A DNA stretch of 64,000 bases from an uncultured Gammaproteobacteria bacterium (GTDB lineage Bacteria; Patescibacteriota; Microgenomatia; UBA12405; BS750m-G30). The position numbers were made by a program, and so were the translations under genes. The notes below the pieces were generated by a model that saw only the letters and a program-made list of their open reading frames with translations, was not told the origin of the DNA and ran no database searches. The stretch lies in contig CAZAEB010000001.1 in NCBI GenBank assembly GCA_964484095.1, forward strand, positions 1,655 through 65,654, in the 5' to 3' direction. Positions 46,518-55,965 of the stretch are shown one piece after another. The first letter of the stretch is position 1, and the number at the start of each line of letters is the position of its first letter.

Positions 46518-49500
46518 TTACTCAATCTTGGCTCTATCTGGGCTAATTGGAATTAAGCGACCAATGATAACATTTTCCTTCAAACCTATCAACCGGTCTT
46601 CTTTTCCTAAAATCGCCGCTTCTGTTAAAACATTAGTGGTTTCTTGGAATGAGGCTGCCGACAGCCAAGAAGTCGTGCTTAAGGCTGCCTGAGTAATTCC
46701 CAGGATTACCTGTTTACCAGTCGCTGGCTTGCCTTTTTCCTTTGCAACCCTCTTGTTTTCCTCAATAAAAGCTGGTTCCTCAATATGAGAACCTGCCAAA
46801 AACTCAGTATCGCCACTACTAGTTATTCTAATCTTGATGCTCATCTCTCTGATTATTACCTCAAAATGCTTGTCATGAATACTAATTCCCTGAGATTCAT
46901 AAACTTTTTGAACCTCTTCTAAAAGATATCTTTGTGCTTGAGAAATACCTCTAACACTGGCAATCTCTCTGATATCCAAAGTGCCGCTAGCAAGCTGAGT
47001 TCCTTTGCTAATTTCCTCTCCTTCCTTAACTAAAAGTTGGCTGGATAGGGGAATATTATACTCAGAAACAATCTCTTTGCCCTTTTCCTTTCCAAATATC
47101 TTCACTTGCCAACCATCAGTCTTTTCTTTAATGTTTATCGTCCCAGCAATATCCCCCAATGACGAAAGTCCTTTTGGGGTTCGCACCTCGAAAAGCTCCT
47201 GAACTCGCGGCAACCCTTGGGTAACGTCCAAGCCAATAACTCCTCCCGAATGTTTTGTTCTTAAGGTAAGCTGAGTTCCTGGCTCACCGATTGATTGAGC
47301 AGCAATAATTCCTGCCGGAGAGCCAACTTTTATCATTTGTCGGTCAGACAAATCCCAACCGTAACATTTAGCGCAAATGCCGTATTTTGTTTTACAGATA
47401 AGCGGTGACCTTACTATCACCTCAAAAACTCCCAATGCAACAACCTTTGTAGTCATCTCTTCATTAAGAAGTTCACCTTTCTTAAATACAACTTTACCTG
47501 TTTTTGGATTTTTGACTGGTTTGGCAAGAACTCTGCCAATGATCCTTAATCCAAAATTATCTTTTCTTTCTCCTTGGTTTTCAATTACTATCCCATCTTT
47601 AGTTTTACAATCTTCTTCTCTTACCAAAGCTCCATGAGCAGCATCCACCAGTCTTCGAGTCAGATAACCAGCATCAGCAGTTTTCAAAGCAGTATCAGTC
47701 AATCCTTTTCTAGACCCCCTTGCTCCGGTAACATACTCAAATACTGAAAGACCTTCTCTAAAGTTAGATTTAGTCGGCAAAGGAACAATTCTACCTAAAG
47801 GATCAACAACCAGACCCCTCATTCCGGAAATTTGCTTAATCTGATCTCTGCTAACCCGCTTCGCTCCTGCATCACTCATTAATTTAATCGGAGCGTCAAC
47901 GCTTAAAGAGCTCCAAATAATTGAGGCAATTTTTTCTGTTGTTTCAAGCCAAACATCCCGACTCAAGCTTTCTTTTTCCTGCTTAGTAATTAACCCCTCG
48001 TTATAGTTCTCCTCAATTTCTGCAACGCGCGCATTTGATTCGGCAATAATCTGCGGTTTTTGGTCTGATTGTCCACAGTCAGTTATAGCTAAAGAGATTC
48101 CTGATTTGGTCATTTCTCTAAATCCGAAATCTTTTACTTTGTCGATTAATTTTACATATTCTTTCAAATTTAAATTTTTATAAACACGTGTCAATAAATC
48201 CTTAATGACTTTACTATTAACAGACTCGTTGATAAACTCAAAGTCTTCAGGAAGGAATTTATTAAAAACAACTCTTCCGGCAGTTGTTAGCATCCATTTA
48301 CCACCCTCATCCTTAACTCCAATAAGCTCTCTTGTCTTAATTTCACCAACATCGTAATAATATTCAACCTCGTCGTAAGTTGAAAATACCCGAACTAATT
48401 TTAAGGCTTCCTTTTGGTCTTTCCCTAAAAGACCAAGGTCACTTTCTCTTATCGAGGTCGCATAGTAACATCCTACTGCCATTTCTTTTCCAGGAACATT
48501 TACCGGACTGCCATCTGATGGTTTCAAGACATTTTTGGTAGCAAGCATAAGCTTTCTTGACTCTTTTTGAGCCTCCTTAGACAAAGGCAATAAAACTCCC
48601 ATCTGATCTCCATCAAAATCAGCATTAAATCCAGAACAAACGCAGGGATGAAGCCTGATTGCCAAACCGTCAACCAAAACAGGTTTGAATGCCTGAATTG
48701 AAAGTTTATGTAAGGTGGGGGCACGATTTAGCAAAATATAGTTGTCCTTCACAACCTCATCTAAAATATCATAAGTTTCGGGTATTTTGTGATCAAGCAG
48801 TGTTTTAGCGCTTTTAATATTAGGAGCTGTTCCTCTAAGCATCAATTCTCGCAAAATATACGGCCTAAAAATTTCTAAAGCAATGTCTTTTGGCAGGCCA
48901 CACTCATTTAATTTCAACTCAGGACCAACCACAATAACACTTCGCCCAGAATAATCTACTCTTTTACCTAGCAGGTTTTTCCTAAATCTCCCTTTTTTGC
49001 CCTTAAGTAGGTCGGACAAAGATCGAGGAACTCTTCTACCAATAGATGCTCTTCTTTTAGCTCCTTTAGTAGCGTCAATTAAGACATCCACTGCTTCTTG
49101 AAGCATTCTTTTTTCATTTCTAAGAATAATATCCGGCGCTCCCAGCCCAATTAGTCTTTTTAACCGATTGTTTCTATTAATCACCCTCCTGTAAAGATCG
49201 TTAAGATCTGAAGTGGCAAATCTTCCTCCAGTTAACTGAACCATTGGCCGCAAGTCAGGCGGAATAACCGGCAAAACTTTCAAAACCATCTGAGACGGCT
49301 CAGTGTCTGATTTAATAAACCCTTTAAGTAGTCTTAATTTCTGAGTTAATTTCTTCTTTTTTTGATGACTGGACGTTTTCTCTATCTGAGCTCTAACCGT
49401 CTTGATTAACTTTTTTAAATCCATTCTCTTAATAATTTCCAAAATTGCTTCACTACCCATCCCTAATTCTAAAAAGTTGTCGGCATTAAATTGAGAAAGA

Positions 49501-50267
49501 TAGAAAAGCTCTTCCTCGGATAAAGTTGATAAGGGCTTGGCTTTCTTAATTTTATCTTGAAGCAATTGATGTAACTGCTCAATCTTCTTTTTCTCTACTT
49601 GCTGCTCCTCTTCAGCCTTTTTCTTTTTCTGTCGGTAGCTAACCTCAATTTCTTTTTGAGCAATTAAAAGCTGATCCTTGTTTTTAATCTTTTTAGCCAA
49701 ATTTTCCTTTTCGCCTTTCTCTTGGCTGAAATACTCTTTTAGTCTTTCCCCTGTCTGCTCTTTTAACTCATCAGTTTTTTCTTTAACTCCTTGTTTAAGT
49801 GTTTTAATCGCCGGTTTAACCGCGCTTTTATCAATATCGATTACTAAATATCTAGCAAAATATATCACCGCTTCGAGCTCTTTTTGAGGAATTCCCAAAA
49901 CTGCTGACAATGGAAGAGGATGATTTTTCAAAAACCAAATATGAACCACTGGAACGGCTAAAACAATATGGCCCATTCTTTCTCGACGAACCTTGGAATG
50001 AGTTACCTCAACACCACATTTATCACAAATAACTCCCCTAAACCTTATTTTTTTGTATTTTCCACAATAACATTCCCAGTCTTTTATAGGCCCAAATATC
50101 CGCTCGCAAAAAAGACCGTCTTTTTCCGGACGCCAGGTTCGATAATTTATCGTTTCCGGCTTAGTTACCTCACCATAAGAGGTCTCCAAAATTTCTTCAG
50201 GAGAAAACAACTTAATTCTTAAACCCTTAAAGTCAACAACGTTTTTGTTAAACAGATTATCACTCAT
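46518..50267 (-). CDS. rpoC: RNA polymerase beta' subunit
   Basis: [48 protein letters not shown]. Confidence 0.99.
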   Translation of the reverse strand: MSDNLFNKNVVDFKGLRIKLFSPEEILETSYGEVTKPETINYRTWRPEKDGLFCERIFGPIKDWECYCGKYKKIRFRGVICDKCGVEVTHSKVRRERMGHIVLAVPVVHIWFLKNHPLPLSAVLGIPQKELEAVIYFARYLVIDIDKSAVKPAIKTLKQGVKEKTDELKEQTGERLKEYFSQEKGEKENLAKKIKNKDQLLIAQKEIEVSYRQKKKKAEEEQQVEKKKIEQLHQLLQDKIKKAKPLSTLSEEELFYLSQFNADNFLELGMGSEAILEIIKRMDLKKLIKTVRAQIEKTSSHQKKKKLTQKLRLLKGFIKSDTEPSQMVLKVLPVIPPDLRPMVQLTGGRFATSDLNDLYRRVINRNNRLKRLIGLGAPDIILRNEKRMLQEAVDVLIDATKGAKRRASIGRRVPRSLSDLLKGKKGRFRKNLLGKRVDYSGRSVIVVGPELKLNECGLPKDIALEIFRPYILRELMLRGTAPNIKSAKTLLDHKIPETYDILDEVVKDNYILLNRAPTLHKLSIQAFKPVLVDGLAIRLHPCVCSGFNADFDGDQMGVLLPLSKEAQKESRKLMLATKNVLKPSDGSPVNVPGKEMAVGCYYATSIRESDLGLLGKDQKEALKLVRVFSTYDEVEYYYDVGEIKTRELIGVKDEGGKWMLTTAGRVVFNKFLPEDFEFINESVNSKVIKDLLTRVYKNLNLKEYVKLIDKVKDFGFREMTKSGISLAITDCGQSDQKPQIIAESNARVAEIEENYNEGLITKQEKESLSRDVWLETTEKIASIIWSSLSVDAPIKLMSDAGAKRVSRDQIKQISGMRGLVVDPLGRIVPLPTKSNFREGLSVFEYVTGARGSRKGLTDTALKTADAGYLTRRLVDAAHGALVREEDCKTKDGIVIENQGERKDNFGLRIIGRVLAKPVKNPKTGKVVFKKGELLNEEMTTKVVALGVFEVIVRSPLICKTKYGICAKCYGWDLSDRQMIKVGSPAGIIAAQSIGEPGTQLTLRTKHSGGVIGLDVTQGLPRVQELFEVRTPKGLSSLGDIAGTINIKEKTDGWQVKIFGKEKGKEIVSEYNIPLSSQLLVKEGEEISKGTQLASGTLDIREIASVRGISQAQRYLLEEVQKVYESQGISIHDKHFEVIIREMSIKIRITSSGDTEFLAGSHIEEPAFIEENKRVAKEKGKPATGKQVILGITQAALSTTSWLSAASFQETTNVLTEAAILGKEDRLIGLKENVIIGRLIPISPDRAKIE

Positions 50268-53200
50268 CAGTAGTTTCCTCCTTCATCACTACCCCTGTTG
50301 GATAGACCTTAAGACCTAACCCGGCAAGCTCTTTAACCAAAACCTTAAAGGATTCCGGCAAGGTGGGTTCGGGAATTTCTTGACCTTTAATAATCGCCTG
50401 AAAAGCCTTAGCTCTTCCCTCAATATCATCCGATTTTATCGTCAACATTTCCTGTAAAACATGAGAGGCTCGGTGAGCTTCCAATGCCCAAACCTCCATT
50501 TCTCCCAACCTCTGACCACCCATTCTTGTCTTTCCTCCTAAGGGTTGTTGAGTAACTAAGGAATAAGGTCCTGTAGATCTGGCGTGAACCTTATCTTCAG
50601 CCATATGATGAAGCTTGGTTATATAACCAACACCAACAGCTACTTCCTGATCATAAGGCTCTCCGCTTTTGCCATCATACAAAACAAACTTACCCGAAAC
50701 CGGCAAGCCTGCTTTTTTAATCAGACTAATAATTGTCTCTTCAGAAATATTTTCGAAAGAAGGAACAGCATACTTTTCTCCTAATTTTATTCCTGCCATT
50801 CCCAAATGAACCTCCAAAATCTGACCAAGATTCATTCTGGCAATAACCGACAAAGGAGAAATTACCACATCAATGGGAGTTCCATCGGGAAGACGAGGCA
50901 TATCATAAACAGGCAAAATTCTACCAATTACCCCTTTATTTCCATGTCTACCAGCCAGCTTGTCTCCCTCGCGAACTTTCCTCAGTTGAGCAACTAATAC
51001 TTTAACAATTTTGTTAACCCCAGAAGGAAGCTCGTCACCTTTACTTCTATCTAAAATTTGAACACCAATGACGGTGCCACCCTCACCATGAGGAACTTTT
51101 AAGCTGGTATCTTTTACATCTTTTGCCTTTTCTCCAAAAATTGCTCGTAAAAGTCTTTCCTCGGCTGTTAACTCTTTTTCTCCTTTTGGTTCAACTTTTC
51201 CTACCAAAATATCACTCGGACCAACTTTAGAACCAATCAAAATCATTCCATCCTCTGTTAATCTAGCCAAATCCGCTTCTGAAACACCAGGTATGTCACG
51301 AGTAAGCTCTTCTGGTCCCAGTTTGGTATCTACAACCTGAGCCTCATATTCAGCAATTTGAACCGAAGTTAACAAATCCTCTTTTACTAGTCTGTCAGAA
51401 ACAAGAATCGAATCTTCATATCCCAATCCCTCAATACAAGCATAAGCAACAACCAGATTTTTCCCCAAAGCCAACTCTCCTCCTTGGGTAGCCGGTCCAT
51501 CGGCTAATAAATCTCCCTTTTCAACCTGTTGGCCTATGGCCACCACCGGTTTTTGATTGTAGCAAGTTCCGTTAGGACTGGTTCGCTGATATTTGAAAAG
51601 ATTGTAAACATGTTCTCCTTTTTTAATCTCAACTACTCCATTAACAATGTCTTTTTTAGAATTTGGTTTGACAACAATCTTTGAAGAGTCAACATAAACC
51701 ACCTTACCGGCCGCTTGAGCAGTAATAATTCGATTCATTGCCCTTACCACCAATCCCTCCATTCCTGTACCAACCACAGGAGAGTCAGGATTCAAAAGTG
51801 GGACCGCTTGACACTGCATGTTTGAACCCATAAGAGCCCTGTTAACTTCGTCATGATCAACAAAAGGAATCGTTGCCGCCGACATCCCCATAACCTGCTG
51901 TGGAGAATAGTCAATCAGTTGTACTTTGCTAACTGGAGCCTCGGTAAACTCTCCCTGATAACGAACCGAAACTCTCTCAGCTGTGATAAAATTGTTTTTA
52001 TCAGTCACAACGCCAGCATAGGTAATATAGTAGTCCATTTCATCATCAGCGGAAAGATATACAACCTCATCGGTAATTTTCACCTTTTGTTTTCCTTTTT
52101 GCTTAATTAACTTGGTTTTTCGGAAAGGAGTCTCCAAAAACCCATAATCATTAACCCGACTATATATAGCCAGATAGGTAACCAAGCCAATATTCATTCC
52201 TTCAGGTGATTTAATCGGACAGATGCGACCATACTGAGAAGAATGAATATCTCGAATTGAAAAAGTGGCTCTTTCCCTGGTCAGTCCGCCTGGACCAATC
52301 ACAGTTACTTTTCTTAGTATGTCCAACTCAGCCAACGGATTAGTTTGATCTAAAATTGCCGATAACTGAGAGGTTTTAAAAAATGAGTTAATTCCTGCCA
52401 CTACCGGTTGAAAATTAACCATCTGAGAGGGTTTGATTTTATCTTCGGTACTAATAAGACTCATTCTCTCTTTTATTGCTCTTTCAAATCTGGCAACCGA
52501 CCTTCTAAGCACTGACTGAGTGATAATCTCTCCCACTCTTCGCAATCGACGATTCCCCAAGTGATCAATATCATCTAATTTTGTTTCATCACCTTTTTGA
52601 AGATCAATTAAATACTTAACTGTTTTAATTATATCTTGAGGCGTCAAAACCCAATTTTTCGGATCTTTATCGGGCAGATCAAGACCCAACCGACGATTTG
52701 CCTTGTAGCGACCAACTCTGCCGATCTCATAAGAGTGAATGTCGAAAAAAGACGTCTTAAAAAGATTGGTGGCGTTTTCTAAAACTAAAGGCTCTCCCGG
52801 TCGAAGTTTTCGATAAAATTCCAGTAAGGCTTCCTGACTATTTCTAGTAGAATCAATTTCTAGGGTAGGATCAATAAAATCAGAAAATTCCCTTCTCAAA
52901 ACCTTATCGCTCTCAATACCCAAAGCCCTAAGAAGAACAGTGGCAGGAAACTTCCTACGACGATCTATTCGAGCATAAACAGTATTTTTTCTACCAACAA
53001 AAAACTCCAGCCAAGAACCTCTTAAAGGACGAATCTCTGCATGAAATAGTTTTTTGCCCGTGACAGGCTCGTCTTCAGAAGTAAAATAAATTCCAGGAGA
53101 ACGAACCAGCTGATTAACCACTCCTCTTTCAATGCCTCCAATAATAAAGGTTCCCTCCTCAGTAATTGTGGGAATATTAATTACAAATACTTCTTCGGTT

Positions 53201-53499
53201 TTTTCAACCTTTGTTCTTTTATTGATCAGCTTTACCTGAATAGTTAGTGGAGCGCAGTAAGAAACTCCTTTAAGTTTAGCCTTAAGTGGGGTAATTATCG
53301 GCTCACCGACAGCAATATCACCCAATTCAACTCGCCAATTAGCACCAGTATAATCGTCAACTGGAGAAATTGACTGAAAAATCTCCTTAAGTCCATTGTT
53401 TAAAAACCAATCCCAAGACTCCTTTTGCACTAAGGTTAAACTTTCGACAGGCGGTAGTTGTAAATTTTTTCCTAAAAATATTCTTTTTGAGCCAGGCAT
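50260..53499 (-). CDS. rpoB: RNA polymerase beta subunit
   Basis: QLVRSPG, DDIDHLGNRR, RALMGSNMQ, GDKLAGRHGNKG, GGQRLGEMEVWALEA. Confidence 0.99.
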   Translation of the reverse strand: MPGSKRIFLGKNLQLPPVESLTLVQKESWDWFLNNGLKEIFQSISPVDDYTGANWRVELGDIAVGEPIITPLKAKLKGVSYCAPLTIQVKLINKRTKVEKTEEVFVINIPTITEEGTFIIGGIERGVVNQLVRSPGIYFTSEDEPVTGKKLFHAEIRPLRGSWLEFFVGRKNTVYARIDRRRKFPATVLLRALGIESDKVLRREFSDFIDPTLEIDSTRNSQEALLEFYRKLRPGEPLVLENATNLFKTSFFDIHSYEIGRVGRYKANRRLGLDLPDKDPKNWVLTPQDIIKTVKYLIDLQKGDETKLDDIDHLGNRRLRRVGEIITQSVLRRSVARFERAIKERMSLISTEDKIKPSQMVNFQPVVAGINSFFKTSQLSAILDQTNPLAELDILRKVTVIGPGGLTRERATFSIRDIHSSQYGRICPIKSPEGMNIGLVTYLAIYSRVNDYGFLETPFRKTKLIKQKGKQKVKITDEVVYLSADDEMDYYITYAGVVTDKNNFITAERVSVRYQGEFTEAPVSKVQLIDYSPQQVMGMSAATIPFVDHDEVNRALMGSNMQCQAVPLLNPDSPVVGTGMEGLVVRAMNRIITAQAAGKVVYVDSSKIVVKPNSKKDIVNGVVEIKKGEHVYNLFKYQRTSPNGTCYNQKPVVAIGQQVEKGDLLADGPATQGGELALGKNLVVAYACIEGLGYEDSILVSDRLVKEDLLTSVQIAEYEAQVVDTKLGPEELTRDIPGVSEADLARLTEDGMILIGSKVGPSDILVGKVEPKGEKELTAEERLLRAIFGEKAKDVKDTSLKVPHGEGGTVIGVQILDRSKGDELPSGVNKIVKVLVAQLRKVREGDKLAGRHGNKGVIGRILPVYDMPRLPDGTPIDVVISPLSVIARMNLGQILEVHLGMAGIKLGEKYAVPSFENISEETIISLIKKAGLPVSGKFVLYDGKSGEPYDQEVAVGVGYITKLHHMAEDKVHARSTGPYSLVTQQPLGGKTRMGGQRLGEMEVWALEAHRASHVLQEMLTIKSDDIEGRAKAFQAIIKGQEIPEPTLPESFKVLVKELAGLGLKVYPTGVVMKEETTDE

Positions 53500-53514
53500 T
53501 GGGTAAAAACAGCC

Positions 53515-53546
53515 AAAAAAATATCGCGGACAAAAGTCCGCTATTT
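53515..53546 (-). terminator. Terminator-like hairpin in the rpoB 5' leader (putative attenuator)
   Basis: Minus strand AAATA-GCGGAC-tttt-GTCCGC-ga-TA followed by T7. Confidence 0.55.
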
Positions 53547-53559
53547 GCTTTAAGTTAAT

Positions 53560-53587
53560 ATTCTAACACGATTTTGGTAATTGTCAA
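53560..53587 (-). promoter_or_regulatory. Sigma70 promoter of rpoBC
   Basis: TTGACA (53582-53587), 16 nt including TGn, TAGAAT (53560-53565). Confidence 0.7.
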
Positions 53588-53632
53588 TTATAAACCCACG
53601 ACCTTGCGGTCTCGGCTTTGTTTTTCGCTTTC

Positions 53633-54613
53633 TCAAAATAAATACTTATCAATATTAGATTGATGCTCCTCATAGGTTGTGGAAAAGTGAATTTTTCCAG
53701 AAAGATCTGAAAGATAGAACCAGTATTCCGAATTGATCGAATTAGCCACCGCCTCAAGAGAAGAAAGAGAGGGATTGCAAATCGGCTGAGGAGGAAGTCC
53801 TTTATTAAGATAGGTATTGTACGGAGAATCAATCTTCAAATCAACTGATCCGACAAAGGGCCACCACTGACAATCAATCCTCCCCTCGCAAACACTGTTG
53901 GCCTTGACATATTGAGAAGAAGCATCAATTTGCAGGGCCCAATCGTTGTTTAATCTTTTTTTAATAATCCCAGCAACCAGCTGACGATCATTGTCAGTCT
54001 TTGCTTCCCTTTCTACCAGTGAAGCAACAACTATCAACTGATCAAAAGAAAAATCATCCAGCTCATTTCCTTTTTGGATTTTCGCAACTTTTTTATCAAA
54101 ATTTGTCAACATCATCTCGACCACTTTTTTTGCCGAACTACCAACCGGCACCAGATAGCTATCGGGGAAAAGACTACCTTCTTTTCCCAAGCTGGCAAGT
54201 AAAAAATCGGACCCTTTAATACCCAATTCTTTCTCCACTACACTGGCAATTTCCTCCCTTCTTAGTCCTTCCACCACCGTCAGCCACTGATCTAATTTAC
54301 CGCTAGTTAGACTCTTGACAATCTGGTCAGTACTCATTGTCTGGCTTAATCTAAATGATCCTGCTTGAATTTTGCCCATTAATCCCAACCGATAAGTTTC
54401 GACAATGAATAGATAACTGCTTTTTACCAGCCCTTCTTTTTTTAACCGAACAGCAATTGTTCTGGTAGGTTCGCCACGATTAACAACAAATACTTTTTCC
54501 TGACCGTTACTGGTCACCGGAGAAGTCACCCAGAGATAAAAAAGACAGAAACTAACTCCAACCACTAAAAACAGGATAAATAATGATGTTTTAAATGATT
54601 TTTTTTTAGCCAC
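53633..54613 (-). CDS. mltG: Endolytic transglycosylase MltG
   Basis: N-terminal TM, EGSLFPDSY, ASLVEREA, LQIDAS, SPYNTY..GLPP.PICNP. Confidence 0.95.
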   Translation of the reverse strand: MAKKKSFKTSLFILFLVVGVSFCLFYLWVTSPVTSNGQEKVFVVNRGEPTRTIAVRLKKEGLVKSSYLFIVETYRLGLMGKIQAGSFRLSQTMSTDQIVKSLTSGKLDQWLTVVEGLRREEIASVVEKELGIKGSDFLLASLGKEGSLFPDSYLVPVGSSAKKVVEMMLTNFDKKVAKIQKGNELDDFSFDQLIVVASLVEREAKTDNDRQLVAGIIKKRLNNDWALQIDASSQYVKANSVCEGRIDCQWWPFVGSVDLKIDSPYNTYLNKGLPPQPICNPSLSSLEAVANSINSEYWFYLSDLSGKIHFSTTYEEHQSNIDKYLF

Positions 54614-54616
54614 CAG

Positions 54617-54817
54617 CTAAACCTCCTCAAAAAGAGCTCGACGATGCTTTTTGATTTTCTTGTCAAAAATAAAAATTCGTCCGCACTTGCAAGTTACTCT
54701 TTCCTGTCCATTCTTGCCTTTCTCTTTTTTACCTTTTTCCAATGGCAACCCACAACCAACACACCTATTTTGAGAAATCAACCAGGCCTGAATAGGAGCA
54801 ATAACGTTCTTAAACAT
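54617..54817 (-). CDS. Small putative zinc-finger protein (CxxC…CxC)
   Basis: RCVGCG…VTCKCGRIF; SD GGAGGTG upstream; packed between ruvX and mltG. Confidence 0.75.
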   Translation of the reverse strand: MFKNVIAPIQAWLISQNRCVGCGLPLEKGKKEKGKNGQERVTCKCGRIFIFDKKIKKHRRALFEEV

Positions 54818-55202
54818 TAACCACCTCCTTTCTTTTTAATAATAAAAAACGTTCCAATATTAACGCTGCCGAAATCGAATCAACCGGTTTTTTAACCCTT
54901 TCTCCTTGGCTAGAAATAATCTCTTTTGCCTCCCAAGTTGTCAGAGTTTCATCAACTAACTCCACAGGTAATTTTACTATACCGGAAAGCTTTTGAGCAA
55001 ATTTTTTTGTTTTTTGAGCTGTTTTTCCCTCCGAAATCCCTAACAAGACCAGATTTATCTTTTCTTCTACACAAACATCTTGTATTTTTTTTATGGATTC
55101 CAATTCGGTCCCAGTAATAACCGGCAATGTATTAATAACACCACTTAATCCGATCGCCGCCCCAATTCTTTTTTCACCATAATCTAGAGAAAGTATTTTC
55201 AT
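54810..55202 (-). CDS. ruvX: YqgF/RuvX RNase H-fold nuclease
   Basis: LSLDYGEKRIG, VDETLTT, VDSISAALILE. Confidence 0.93.
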   Translation of the reverse strand: MKILSLDYGEKRIGAAIGLSGVINTLPVITGTELESIKKIQDVCVEEKINLVLLGISEGKTAQKTKKFAQKLSGIVKLPVELVDETLTTWEAKEIISSQGERVKKPVDSISAALILERFLLLKRKEVVNV

Positions 55203-55205
55203 GAT

Positions 55206-55964
55206 TTAATGGTCTACCAGCCTAGCTCTAACCACTAATCTTCTCAGATAAGTCCCGGGGGGAGTGCAGGTAATCATTGTTAAAAACTTACCATCAAATC
55301 TTTGTTCCAGCACGGAAAGGTCACTTGGAGCAACCTCAAAAAGTTTTTCAACCCCATAGCGATACTCGACTCCGTCGTAAAAAAGATAAACCTCGTCATC
55401 TACACGAAGCCTGTAAAGAGTTGAAAAAATCGTCAGATAGTTATCAGTATCAAAAAACTGAGGCAAAACAGAATGACCGAAAATAACCGTATTGCCGAAT
55501 TGACCAGGAAAAGCAGTTTCCGGATAATGGATAAGCCACTTTTTAAGATCATCGCCACCTATATGAACCACTGCCCGATCTATCTTAAGCTTGGGGATAG
55601 AAAGATTGTAATAAACCAGACCATTATCGGTTGAATCAAAAACAGATGGTTGATCAGCAAACCAGGAAGAAACCAGAGTATAATCCTGTTTATTCTCTTC
55701 TGCTTGGGCTCGAGAAGCTCCGAAAAGAAACGATCTTTCCTGATCAGGAACCGGACTATGAATCTTTACAAAATCAGGAGCATATCTAATCTGGTAACTG
55801 ATAATCGGCAAAACGCCGCTACCAATAAGAAAAAGACCAAAAACTACCAAAAGCGAAGAGGCAGTTTTTTTAACAGCTTTTTTCTTTAAAAACCAGCTCA
55901 ATTTTCCAAAGAATATTTCAACCTGATCCGGCTCCTCTTTTTTAACATAACTGTATAGGCTCAT
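55206..55964 (-). CDS. Sortase (class D/E-like)
   Basis: TM; LSIPKLKI, HYPETAFPG..GNTVIFGHS, LTMITCTP…RLVVRA (His/Cys/Arg triad). Confidence 0.92.
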   Translation of the reverse strand: MSLYSYVKKEEPDQVEIFFGKLSWFLKKKAVKKTASSLLVVFGLFLIGSGVLPIISYQIRYAPDFVKIHSPVPDQERSFLFGASRAQAEENKQDYTLVSSWFADQPSVFDSTDNGLVYYNLSIPKLKIDRAVVHIGGDDLKKWLIHYPETAFPGQFGNTVIFGHSVLPQFFDTDNYLTIFSTLYRLRVDDEVYLFYDGVEYRYGVEKLFEVAPSDLSVLEQRFDGKFLTMITCTPPGTYLRRLVVRARLVDH

Positions 55965-55965
55965 A

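Noticed and set aside
46518-53499. Inteins or introns in rpoB/rpoC (also checked recA and fusA)
   Set aside because: Lengths are normal or short and there are no splicing or homing-endonuclease motifs
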